Assembly: GCF_035594765.1 (NCBI RefSeq)
Contig: NW_026943868.1
Coordinates: 1-64,000, forward strand
DNA from: Anolis carolinensis
Lineage: Eukaryota
Length of the DNA: 64,000 nucleotides
Direction of reading: 5' to 3'
Each line of letters starts with the position of its first letter. The stretch's first letter is position 1. The translations under genes and the position numbers were made by a program. This document shows positions 1 to 13,500 of the stretch, one piece after another. A model generated the notes under the pieces. The model was not told the origin of the DNA, did no database searches, and was given only the letters and a program-made list of their open reading frames with translations.

Positions 1-1640
1 ACGGTGACTCATTTCCAATGGGTACTCATCCAGGATAGTATCCAGTCGGCGACCCGTTTTCAGTGGGTACTTGTCCGGGATCGAGAGTTTTCCATGGGTA
101 CTTGTCCAGGATAGTTTCCAAACGGCGACCCGTTGTCAGTGGGTACTCGTCCAGGATAACATCTGGTCGGCGACCCGTTGTCAATGCGTACTTGTCCGGG
201 ATTGAGAATTTTCCATGGATAGTCGTCCAGGATAATATCCAGTCGACGACCAGTTTTCACTGGGTACTCGTCCAGGATCGATGGTTTCCAATGGGTACTC
301 ATCCAGGATAATATCCAGTCGGCGACTCATTTTCAATGGGTACTCGTCCGGGATAGTTTCCAAACGGCGACCCGTTGTCAATGGGTACTCATCCGGGATC
401 GAGAGTTTTCCATGGGTAGGCGTCCAGGATAGTTTCCAAACGGGGACCCGTTGTCAGTGGGTACTCGTCCAGGATAACATCTGGTCGGCGACCTGTTTTC
501 ACTGGGTACTCATCCAGGATCGACAGTTTTCCATGGGTACTCGTCCAGGATAACATCTGGTCGGCGAACCGTTTTCACTGGGTACTTGTCCAGGATCGAT
601 GGTTTCCAATGGGTAGTCGTCCAGGATAGTATCCAGTCGGCGACTCATTTTCAACGGGTACACGTCCAGGATAGTTTCCGAACGGCGACCCATTGTCAGT
701 GGGTACTCGTCCAGGATAACATCTGGTCGGCGACCCGTTTTCACTGGGTACTTGTCCGGGATCGACAGTTTTCCATGGGTACTCGTCCAGGATAACATCT
801 GGTTGGCAACCCGCTTTCACTGGGTACTCGTCTGGGATCAATAGTTTTCCATGGGTACTTGTACAGGATAACATCTGGTTGGCAACCTGTTTTCACTGGG
901 TACTCGTCTGGGATCAATAGTTTTCCATGGGTACTTGTACAGGATAACATCTGGTTGGCAATCCGTTTTCACTGGGTACTCGTCTGGGATCGATGGTTTC
1001 CAATGGGTACTCGTCCAGGATAACATCTGGTTGGCAACCCGTTTTCACTGGGTACTCGTCAAAGATCCAGTTTCCAATGGGTACTCGTCCAGGATAACAT
1101 CTGGTTGGCAATCTGTTTTCACTGGGTACTCGTTCGGGATCGACAGTTTTCCATGGGTAGTCATCCAGGATAATATCCAGTCGGCGACCCGTTTCCAATG
1201 GGTACTCATCCAGGATATTATCCAGACGCCAACCCATTGTCAATGGGTACTCATCCAGGGTTGACAATTTTCCATGGATAGTCATCCAGGATAGGATCCA
1301 GATGGCGACCCGTTTTCAATGGGTACTCATCCAGGATAATGTCCAGTCAGCAACCCGGGATAATATCCAGACGGCAACCCGTTTCCAATGGGTAGTTGTC
1401 CGGGATAGCTAACAGATGGTGACCCGTTTCCAATGGGTAGTTGTCCAGGATAATATTCAGACGGCGATCTGTTTTCAATGGGTACTCATCCGGGATAACA
1501 TCCAGTTGGCGACCCGTTTTCAATGGGTACTCGTCCAGGATAACAACAAATCGACGACCTGTTTTATCTGGGTACTCATCCGGGATCGACCGTTTTCAAT
1601 GGGTACTTGTCCAGGACATGTTCCGGACGGCGACCCGTTT
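1..1640. repeat. Degenerate minisatellite downstream of the MLLT1 stop (about 44 and 32 bp subunits, about 76 bp higher-order period)
   Basis: Recurrent tgggtactcgtccaggata...ggcgacccgtttt. Spurious ORF starts recur every 76 bp. Confidence 0.9.
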
Positions 1641-1753
1641 TGGCCCAAAGAGGGTCCATTGATCCAAAGGAAGGGGAGGAGGGGTGATCCAGGTGTCAGA
1701 GCAACGTCTGTGTTTGTTTTACAAAAGAGGGGGGTCTTTCCGGGGGGGGGGGG

Positions 1754-4507
1754 TCACGTAGTGACGGCCTCCAGGTAGCTCTGCAGCTTGCGGACGGTGC
1801 TCTCGTCCAGGGAGAAGAGGTCGAAGTCGAAGGTGGTGGTGGTGACGTTGAAGTGTCCCGTCTCCTCGATCAGGTTCACGATCTGCTGGAGGACGTTCCG
1901 CTCCCGCAAGGCCATCAGGCGCCGGTGCAGCTCCACCAGCTCGTCCGTGTAGGCCTGGAACGGGACGGGGGGGGAAAGGGGCGGTCAGTCAGTCTGCCAG
2001 GGAAGGGGCGTGGCCTCCCCCTCCCGGTCCCCAGGGCCGAATCAGTGGCCCCGCCCACCTTGTCGTAGGTGCCTTTCTTCAGCATCTTCTCCGACTTGCT
2101 GCAGGACTCGGGGCTCTTCCGCCCGGAAACCTGGACGAGAGAGAGAGAGAGAGAGAGAGTGAGAGAGAGGGCTCGAATGGTTATGATTGCCATGGGGCTG
2201 AGCGGGGTGGCCATCGGTCAGGAGGGATTGAGTGGTGTCTTCCTTGATGGGGGAGTGGGGTCGGGACAGACTGGGGGGGCCTCTGGGGGGCCAGGTAGAG
2301 GGGTAGATCGTTTAGACAGACTGACCGGAAATGCAGGCGGACGTGAAGACAGACGGACAGATACACCAACATATGGACTGACATATGGACAGACACACCG
2401 ACATACAGACAGATGGACAAACAGATGGGCAGATGGACAGACTGACATACGGACGGACAGACAGACAGATGGAGAGATACACCAACATATGGACTGACAT
2501 ATGGACCGACGGACACACCGACATATGGATGGACATACAGACGGACGGATGGACAAACAGATGGACAGATGGATGGAGAGACTGACATACGGATGGACAG
2601 ACAAATGGATGGACAGACGGACGGATACACCAACATACGGACTGACATATGGACAGATAGACAGACAGACACACTGACAGACACACCGACATACAGATGG
2701 ACAAACAGATGGGCAGGTGGACAGACAGAGTGACATACGGACGGACAGACAGACAAACAGACAGATGGAGAGATACACCAACATATGGACGGACATATTG
2801 ACAGACATACAGACAGATGGACAAACAGATGGGCAGATGGACAGACATACGGACGGACAGACGGACAGACAGACAGACAGACAGATGGAGAGTTACACCA
2901 ACAACAGACGGACAGACCGACATATGGATGGACATACAGACAGACGGACGGACAAACAGATGGACAGATGGACGGAGAGACTGGCATACGGACGGACAAA
3001 CAGATGGACAGACGGACAGATACACCAACATACGGACAGACAGATGGGACAGACGGACGGACAGACCGACATACAGACAAGACGGACATACGGATGGACA
3101 GACAAACAGACAGAGAGATACACCCAACATACAGACAGACGTATGGACAGATATACAGGCAGACGGACACACCGACATATGGATGGACATACAGACAGAC
3201 GGACGGACAAACAGATGGACGGAGAGACTGACATACGGATGGACAGACAAATGGATGGACAGACGGATACACCAACATACGGACAGACAGATGGACAGAC
3301 AGACGGACAGACCGACATACAGACAGACGGACATACGGATGGACAAACAGACAGAGAGATACCAACATACAGACAGACGTATGGACAGACAGACAGGCGG
3401 ACAGAGAGATGGACGGATAGACCACGATACGGACGGATGGACGGACAAAGAGATGGACAGAGTAGGTTGACATACGGATGGACATACAGATGAATGGATG
3501 GATGGATAGACAGGCAGATGGATGGACTGACTGACATAGGGACGGACGGACAGATACACGGACAGACGGATGGAATGTGAATACTGTAAACACATCAATA
3601 ATAAACATGGGGGGCCACCTTGTTGTGGGCGGGGGGCGGCTTCTGGGCGGGGGGCCCCTCTCGGCCGGGGAGGCAGGAGTCCACGCTGTTGTCGCTCTCG
3701 CTGTCGCTGGGGCTGAGCCTGCGCGGGCGGAGGAGGCACATCGTTAGCATCAGAGTTAATACAATACGGTTTCCTGTTCCCGGCCCACCACGTCATTGTG
3801 CCCGGACCCCACTGAGGGGCAGGAGGGGCGGCCACCTCACCTGGCGTCCCGCCCGACCGGGGTGGCCTTGGGGGGCCCCTCGTCCCCGCCGGAAGAGCTG
3901 TCGTCCTCGTCCGACTCCTCCGACTGCAGGTCCTCCACCATCGAGCGCAACGGACCTGCAACAAAGGAAGGCATCCATATTATTATACTATTATTATTAT
4001 TATTATTGCTATATATTATTATTACTATGACTTAATATTATACTAATCTATATATAATATAATCATACAAGGGGACACACCTTGGCTGTGGTTCTGCGAA
4101 GGCTCAAAGTCCGAGTCGGAACTGGAGTCGGAGCTGGAGCTGGAGTTGGAAGGGCTGGACGGGGCCGACTGGAAGGAAGAACGTGGGCGAAACGTCAGGA
4201 GAGAATGCTTCTAGGACTTGGCCACACACCCCGCAAGACTCACAACAACCCAAGGCTAAAATATAGTCTCCAATATGGAGCGGTGATCAAAAAATATGGA
4301 AAATATGATTGGACTGAGCATGTTCAGACACAGGACTCCCTTTTGTAATATTATAATAAAAAAATAATAAAAAATAATAATAATAATAGAGGGAAGGGGA
4401 GAGTGGGGTAATTATTATATATATAATATTATTAATTGTATATATACTACTATCTAATAATAATAATAATAAATTAATAAATTTATTATTATAATAAATT
4501 TATAACA

Positions 4508-4554
<47 letters not shown>

Positions 4555-7500
4555 TACATCACACAGTCCTAGACACTTGGGAAGTGTTCGACTTGTGATT
4601 TTGTGATACGAAATCCAGCATATCTTGTTTGCTGTGTCCTAATAATATTATAATAATAATAGCGGTAAGGGGGAGTGGGGTATTATTAGATATATATATA
4701 ATATTATTATTAGATAGATATTATTATTAGATATATTATTATTATAATGTATATAATTGTATATATACTACTATGTAATAATACATTAATAAATTAAATA
4801 ATAATATTATAATAAAATAATAAAATAATATTATAATAAAATAAAATAATATTATAATAAAATAATAATAATAACATAAAATAATATTATAATAAAATAA
4901 TAATAATAACATAAAATAATAAAATAATATTATAATAAAATAATAATAATAACATAAAATAATAATAATAATAACATAAACTAATAAAATATTATTATAA
5001 AATAACAATAATAGTAATAATAATAATAGTAATAAGTCCCTGACCTCGGACTTGAGGGAGGGCTCCTCGTCCTCGGAGTGGGACTCCTCCTCGGTCGCAG
5101 CCGTGGCCTCCGGCCCCTTCTTGGCGGGGGCGGCCATCTTGCCCTCCGCCTCAACCTTGCTGCCCTTCTCGGCCTTGGCCGCCGCCCTCTCCTTGGGGGG
5201 CTTCTTCTCCGCGAAGGGGCCGCCCCCCCTCGGGGACGGCGTGGAGGACGTCTGTGGGGGTCCCTTCGGCCCCTTGCTGAACCCGGACCCCCCGCCTCCT
5301 CCGCTGCTCCCGCCGCCGCTGCTCTTCTTCGGCTTCTTGGCGCTCGGCTTCGGGGACTCTCCCGCCGTCACCGCCGTGGGGGGCCGCTTCCCGGGGGGCT
5401 TCGCTTCCGGGGCGTTGTTATTGCTGGCCCCGCCCCCCGCTCCCGATGCCCCGCCCCCTTTGGGGGAGGCGGCCTCGGCCTTGGGGGCCATTTTGGGTTC
5501 CTTGAAGGCCGCCTTGGGGAGCAGCGGGGGGCGGTCCTCCTTGCCGGGGGGCTTGCCCTCGACCGGCTTCCGGGACGAGGACGAGGAGGGCTCCTTGGGG
5601 GGCTTCCCGGCCTCCGCGTCCCGGGAGGAAGACGACGAGGAGCCGCCCTTGCCGTCCGGGTCCTTCCGGGGGCGCTCGCGGTGCTCACGAGTCACTTTGT
5701 GTGGCTTCGAGGCCTTCCCGCCGCCCCCACTCCCGCTTCCGTCACGGTTCGCCTTCTGCGCAAAAAAGAGACATAAGATATAATTTTATAATTCTATAAT
5801 ATGCAGGCAGGCTATTAACCACCTGAAACTACGCCCACAATTCCTTCAATACATGGATGACCTATTCCTGTATATAGACGACTTGCTCATAGCACAAAAA
5901 AGAGAGACAAGGAAAAGAACAGGAGCTAACCCTCACATATTGTTACTAATAGTTACTTGTAGTTACTCATAGTTTATTATACAAGTAGTTATTTAAACTT
6001 ATAGTTACTTGCAGTCTTTGAGTTACTTTGCAAGTAGTTATTTTGCACTTATAGTTACTTGTAGTCTTTGAGTTACTTGTACTTACTTACTAATTGTTGC
6101 CAATTTTGTACGCTGCCCTGAGTCCCTTCGGGTGAGAAGGGCGGGATATAAATGTTGGAAATAAATAAATACTTGAGTTACTTGTAGTTACTTATACTGC
6201 TAGTAGTTATTAGTATTCCCTTGTAGTTACTTACAATTAGTTATAGCAACTTATAGTTCCTAATAGTTTGTTATTTGTATTTAGTTACTTGAATTACTTG
6301 TACTTGCACTGCTAGTAATTAGTATTCCCTTGTAGTTACTTACAGTTAGTTATAGCGACTTATAGTTCCTAATAGTTTATTTGTATTTAGTTACTTGAAT
6401 TACTTGTACTTGTACTGCTAGTTATTAGTATTCCCTTGTAGTTACTTACAGTTAGTTATTGTGACTTATAGTTCCTAATAGTTTGTTATTTGTATTTAGT
6501 TCCTTGAATTACTTGTACTTGTACTGCTAGTTATTAGTATTCCCTTGTAGTTACTTACAGTTAGTTATTGTGACTTATAGTTCCTAATAGTTTGTTATTT
6601 GTATTTAGTTACTCGAATTACTTGTACTGTTAGTAATTAGCATTCCCTTGTAGTTACTTACAATTAGTTATAGCGACTTAATAGTTCCTAATAGTTTGTT
6701 ATTTGTATTTAGTTACTTGAATTACTTGTACTGCTAGTAATTAGTATTCCCTTGTAGTTACTTACAGTTAGTTATAGCGACTTATAGTTCCTAATAGTTT
6801 GTTATTTGTATTTAGTTACTTGAATTACTTGTACTGTTAGTAATTAGTATTCCCTTGTAGTTACTTACAGTTAGTTATAGCGACTTATAGTTCCCAATAG
6901 TTTGTTATTTGTATTTAGTTACTTGAATTACTTGTACTGCTAGTAATTAGTATTCCCTTGTAGTTAGTTAGTTAGTTATAGCGACTTATAGTTCCAAATA
7001 GTTTATTATTTGTATTTAGTTACTTGAATTACTTGTACTGCTAGTAATTAGTATTCCCTTGTAGTTACTTACAGTTACTTATAGCGACTTATAGTTCCTA
7101 ATAGTTTGTTATTTGGACAGTAGAGTCTCACTTATCCAAGCCTCTGGATTATCCAACACATTTTTGTAGTCAATGTTTTGAATACATCGTGATATTTTGG
7201 TGCTAAATTCGTAAATACAGTAATTACTACATAACATTACTGCGTATTGAACTCTCGTCATGGTTCGCCTTCTGCACAAAAAATAAGGTTATACTCACTC
7301 TTTTAACTATTTAGGCAGGCTTTTGATAATGGTTAAGAGTATATTAACGACCTGATCGGGCAGGAATTTGAATTCTAGAACAGGCCCAGAATTCCTTCAG
7401 TACATGGATGACCTCGTCCTGTATTTAGACGACTTGCTCATAGCAGGCGCCTGGCCCAACGGGTTCTATTAATTAATTGATATGTGATTACTGTCTTTTT

Positions 7501-10500
7501 ATATAGTTTGATTGCATTTGTTTATTTTCTGCAAGCCGCCCCGAGGAGATAGGATACACAAATTTTATTACTGTTGTCGTTAGGAAGATAAACGCAATTA
7601 AAGAAGGGCAAAAACAGGAAGGGAAAACAGATCTACATAAATAGATATATATACACACACATACATATATACGCACACATATATATTTATATACATCACG
7701 GCCCAATGGGTCCTCCCTCCAGGTGTTTAGGACTCCAACTCCCACAACTCCCAGAATGGTGTATACTGTCGTGCTAGTCTGTTGTATTAATCTGATCCCT
7801 CCTGGCAGATGCCATAAATTGATAGGTATCATAGAATCATAGGTATCAGGTAGATACATGCATGTTGTCATCTATTTATATCTTCTATGATAATGGCTAA
7901 GAGTATATTAACGACCTGATCGGGCAGGAATTTGAATTCTAGAACAGGCCCAGAATGCCTTCAGTACATGGATGACCTCGTCCTGTATTTAGACGACTTG
8001 CTCATAGCAGGCGCCTGGCCCAACGGGTTCTCCCTCCAGGTGTTTAGGACTCCAACTCCCACAACTCCCAGAATGGTGTATACTGTCGTGCTAGTCTGTT
8101 GTATTAATCGCTTGACACAATCTGATCCGTCCCGGCAGATGCCATAGATCGATACGTATCAGATAGATAGATGCATGTTGTTATCTGTCAATCCCCGGCG
8201 ACTCACCTTGGAGCCGTGGGAGGGCTTGGTCTTCTTGGGGTCGGAGAAGGCGGAGAGCGGGATGGTGGGCAGCATCGGGTAGTCCGGGCTCGGGCGGGAG
8301 ACGCTCTCGGCCCCCTCGGGCATCACCATCACCTGCAACAAACGCAGGAAGGGGTCCAATATAAGCCTCCCTTGGGACCCCTGTAAAGATGCAATTACTA
8401 CTAATCTTTTTATCCCACCGCTGCCACCAATTTGTAAGGGACTATGAACGACTAACACCAATTTGTAAAGATGCAACCACCAAAGACTCAGGGAGGAGCC
8501 CTTTTCCTGTGTTTTTGCTTTCTTCTTCTTCTTCACTTTAGTAACTTGGGTTAGAATATATGCGACAGAGGCTTCGATGTTGGAAGAACAATAACAAGTT
8601 TATTCAGGCACAGAGCTTAGGGGTTACAATGTTATTTCTCACTTAGAGGTATTCTTATTAATAGTTACAATACTAGAATGAGATGAATCAACTCTCTAAA
8701 CTATCACTTCTTTTACTTAGAGAAGTTAAAACCTATTCCTCTGCTCCTTTCTAACTGTTACTTCAATGGATCTCTGTGAGTCCAGCTGGGATTGGTTCCC
8801 AAAGTCTGAAACTTGGACTATCCAGTGACTTCAAACCACAGTCACCCCTGTGATATACTATCACAGATTCTCTGTTCCTTACCAGGACACAGACTACATA
8901 AAATAAGTCACCAAACTTATTTAAAACTGACTCAAAATGAACAATTGAGTCTCCCTGATCCCATTAACCTGGAATCAATCTTCCCTGTGCCTCATCAGAG
9001 CACAGACTACATAAAATAAGTCACCAAACTTATTTAAAACCGACTCAAAATGAACAATTGAGTCTCCCTGATCCCATTAACCTGGAATCAATCTTCCCTG
9101 TGCCTCATCAGAGCACAGACTACATTAAATAAGTCACCAAACTTATTTAAAACCGACTCAAAATGAACAATTGAGTCTCCCTGATCCCATTAACCTGGAA
9201 TCAATCTTCCCTGTGCCTCATCAGAGCACAGACTACATTAAATAAGTCACCAAACTTATTTAAAACCGACTCAAAATGAACAATTGAGTCTCCCTGATCC
9301 CATTAACCTGGAATCAATCTTCCCTGTGCCTCATCAGAGCACAGACTACATTAAATAAGTCACCAAACTTATTTAAAACCGACTCAAAATGAACAATTGA
9401 GTCTCCCTGATCCCATTAACCTGGAATCAATCTTCCCTGTGCCTCATCAGAGCACAGACTACATTAAATAAGTCACCAAACTTATTTAAAACCGACTCAA
9501 AATGAACAATTGAGTCTCCCTGATCCCATTAACCTGGAATCAATCTTCCCTGTGCCTCATCAGAGCACAGACTACATTAAATAAGTCACCAAACTTATTT
9601 AAAACCGACTCAAAATGAACAATTGAGTCTCCCTGATCCCATTAACCTGGAATCAATCTTCCCTGTGCCTCATCAGAGCACAGACTACATTAAATAAGTC
9701 ACCAAACTTATTTAAAACCGACTCAAAATGAACAATTGAGTCTCCCTGATCCCATTAACCTGGAATCTATCTTCCCTGTGCCTCATCAGAGCACAGACTG
9801 ACTCTCTTTTTTAAACTCTGCACTTCTTCCACTAAACGGCAGTTGGCTTCCACTAAATGCCAATTGGCTGAGATGCAATAACTGTAATACTTACTCTTTT
9901 AAAACATAAACACACAATTAAACATAACATCTGTAAACCAAAATTCGTACTTCATTACAACCCCCAATGAGATTCCCTCGTGACCCACGGGACCCCGTCC
10001 ATGTCGGCGGACTCACCCCTCCGGCCTTGATGAGCTTGCGCTGGAAGTCCTTGGTGGGGTTGTTGAAGGTCAGCTTCTCGCAGCGCAGGTGATTGACAGG
10101 CGGGTTCCCCTCCAGGTTCAGGAAGAGGTCGTAGGTGAAGCACACCTTCTTGGGCTCCTCCTGGAAATCCATATTATTGTTATTATTAATGTCATTAGTA
10201 ACTTCATGTATCAATTGTAATATTATGATTATTATTAATGTCATTAGTAACCTTATTTATCAATTACAATATAATATTATAATAACTATAATATAATAAT
10301 ACCATATAATATACATATAATATAAAATTATTATATTACTATTATTACTGTCATTAGTAACCTTATTCATCAGTTATAATACAGTATAATACAATAACGA
10401 TAATATACTTATAATATAAAATTATTATAACATAATTGTAATATAATTATATTTATAATATAATACAATCATAATATAAAATTATTGTATTTATAATATA

Positions 10501-13500
10501 ATATACGTATATTTACAATACAATTATATTTATAAAAAATCATATTTATAATATAATATACTTATACAGTAGAGTCTCACTTATCCAACATAAACGGGCC
10601 AGCAGAAGCTTGGATAAGTGAATATGTTGGATAATAAGGAGGCATTAAAGAAAAGCCTATTAAACATCAAATCAGATTATGATTTTACAAATTAAGCACC
10701 AAAACATCAGGTTATACAACAAATTTGGGAGAAAAAGTAGTTCAATACGCAGTAATGTTATGTTGTAATTACTGTATTTACAAATTTAGCACCAAAATAT
10801 CACAATGTATTGAAAACATTGACTACAAAAATGCGTTGGATAATCCAGAACGTTGGATAAGCGAGTGTTGGATAAGTGAGACTCTACTGTACTATAATCA
10901 TAATATAAAATAATTTTATTTATATTTATGATATAATATACGTATAATCTAACATATTTACAATACAGTTGTATTTATAATGTAATTATACTTATAATAA
11001 TTACAATATATTCATAATATAATATAAGTTATAAAATAATATAATAATTATAATATATTCATAATGTAATTATATTATAATAATATAATAATAACATAAT
11101 GGTATTATCAATAGTGATTGGTAACTATTATTATTTTTATTATCAATGTATGTATTTTGTGACTATTACTAATAGCGGCTAACAACCCCACTGTCCCATA
11201 GATACTGAAAAACAAAGCAAATGCAGATATTTACAGAAAGTAAATAAATACAGTAGAGTCTCGCTTATCCAACGTTCTGGATTATCCAACGCATTTTTGT
11301 AGTCAATGTTTTCAAAACATTGTAATATTTTGGTGCTAAATTCATAAATACAGTAATTACTACATAGCATTACTGCGTATTGAACTACTTTTTCTGTAAA
11401 ATTTGTTGTATAACATGACGTTTTGGTGCTTAATTTGTAAAATCATAACCTAATTTGATGTTTAATAGGCATTTCCTTAATGCCTCCTTATTATCCAACA
11501 TATTCACTTATCCAACGTTCTGCCGGCCCGTTTATGTTGGATAAGTGAGACTCTACTGTATGAGTATGTGGATCCAATGCTGAAACATAATGCAACCCAT
11601 GCAAATCCGTGCAAATGCCGGCCCGTTGTCGTTACCTTGTTGATGAAGTGGACCTCGATGGGCATGATGAACCCCGCGTAGCCGGACTCCTCCACCTTGT
11701 ACGGCGGCTCTTTGCAGACTGAGGACGGAAGGATGATGGGAATTATTATGCAAATAAGGACAGCAGAAAGGTACGCATTATGCAAATGACCCAGCACAAG
11801 GGAAGGATGGGTAAGATTCCTTCAAAGTCTAGAATAATATAATAATACATCATAGTAATAATAATAATATAATTTATTCTCTCAATGATGTGTACGACTG
11901 GCTGGGCCTCTGTCAGGAGGGTGTTGATGGTGTCTGAGGTCCTTTCCAATCATAATAATATATAATACTAGCTGTGCCCGGCCACGCGTTGCTGTGGCAA
12001 AGTGGTGGTGGCATTGGTTAAAAATTGTTGTGTAATTTTTATTTGACATTATTTGTATTTTTAAATTAATTTTATTGTAAGTTATCTTTTTATTTGAATA
12101 TATTTTATTATTTTCTTGTATAATTTTTAGTTATTTTTGTTATTATGGTATTTTATTGTATTAATTTTTTAGTGTTTTTAATTATTTTTAGTGGTTTTTA
12201 TTATTTTTTATTGGGTTGCTAGGAGACCAAGTTGGAGGAGCTTAGCCCTCTAAACTGGCAGCAATTGGATAAAAGCAATTATTCCTCTCCCTCTAATTAG
12301 GACTTTATTTTTCTTTTCTTTTTGTTGTATCAACCTAGAGGCGTGGATGATGGGTTGTGTTGTCAAATTTCGAGGTTGGGGGGGCCTGTCGTTTTGTTGT
12401 TTTGTGGGTCGCCGTGATGCCATCACTCTTTTATATATATAGATTATTACTACTGTAGGCATATTATATTTATTATTATTACTGTAGGCATATTGTATTT
12501 ATTACAATATCAACCTAGAGGCGTGGATGATGGGTTGTGTTGTCAAATTTCGAGGTTGGGGGGCCTGTCGTTTTGTTGTTTTGTGGGTCGCCGTGATGCC
12601 ATCACTCTTTTATATATATAGATTATTACTACTGTAGGCATATTATATTTATTATTATTACTGTAGGCATATTGTATTTATTACAATATCAACCTAGAGG
12701 CGTGGATGATGGGTTGTGTTGTCAAATTTCGAGGTTGGGGGGCCTGTCATTTTGTGGGTCGCCGTGACGCCATCACTCTTTTATATATATAGATATTCTC
12801 CCTATGGCCATCTGGGCCTCTGTAGGGAGGGCTCTGAGGGTGCCTGAGATCACCAATAATGACTAGGACCGTCTGGGCCTCTGCTGGGAGGGTTTTGAGG
12901 GTGCCTATGTCGTAATACTGACCCCTCTTGGGCTTGGGGAAGCTCTGGTGGAGGCGGAAGACGACCCTCTCCACGAAGTGCTGGATCTCGAACTGCTCGG
13001 GCCCGCGGACGAAGACCATCCAGTCGTGGGTGAAGCCCTCCGTGGTCGGCTTCTTGCGCAGCTGCGCCCGGTGGCCCAGCTCCAGCTTCACCTGCACCGT
13101 GCACTGCGCAAAGACACGCCCACTATTCAAATCAGGGACCGGGCAGGCACAAGCCACACCCACTATTCAAATCCAGACCCAAGCCCCACCCCTCAGGAGG
13201 CGTGGCTTGGGAGGGGGACCGATGTAAACAAAGACAAGAAGGGCACAAGCCACACCCACTATTCTAATCCTGACTCTGGCCCCGCCCCTCAGGAGGCGTG
13301 GCTTGGGAGGGGGACCGATGTAAACAAAGACAAGAAGGGCACAAGCCACACCCACTATTCAAATCCTGACTCTGGCCCCGCCCCTCAGGAGGCGTGGCTT
13401 GGGAGGGGGACCGATGTAAACAAAGACAAGAAGGGCACAAGCCACACCCACTATTCAAATCCTGACTCTGGCCCCGCCCCTCAGGAGGCGTGGCTTGGGA

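Noticed and set aside
60-1778. Cluster of short ORFs in the first 1.7 kb
   Set aside because: All derive from the degenerate 76-bp minisatellite. No splice or domain support.
2181-3964. Long Ser/Val/Cys-rich ORFs (475-550 aa)
   Set aside because: Translation of a low-complexity tetranucleotide repeat in an intron.
8412-8429. tRNA-Leu gene
   Set aside because: Only the 3' 18 nt including CCA are present and there is no cloverleaf. It is a retroelement PBS.
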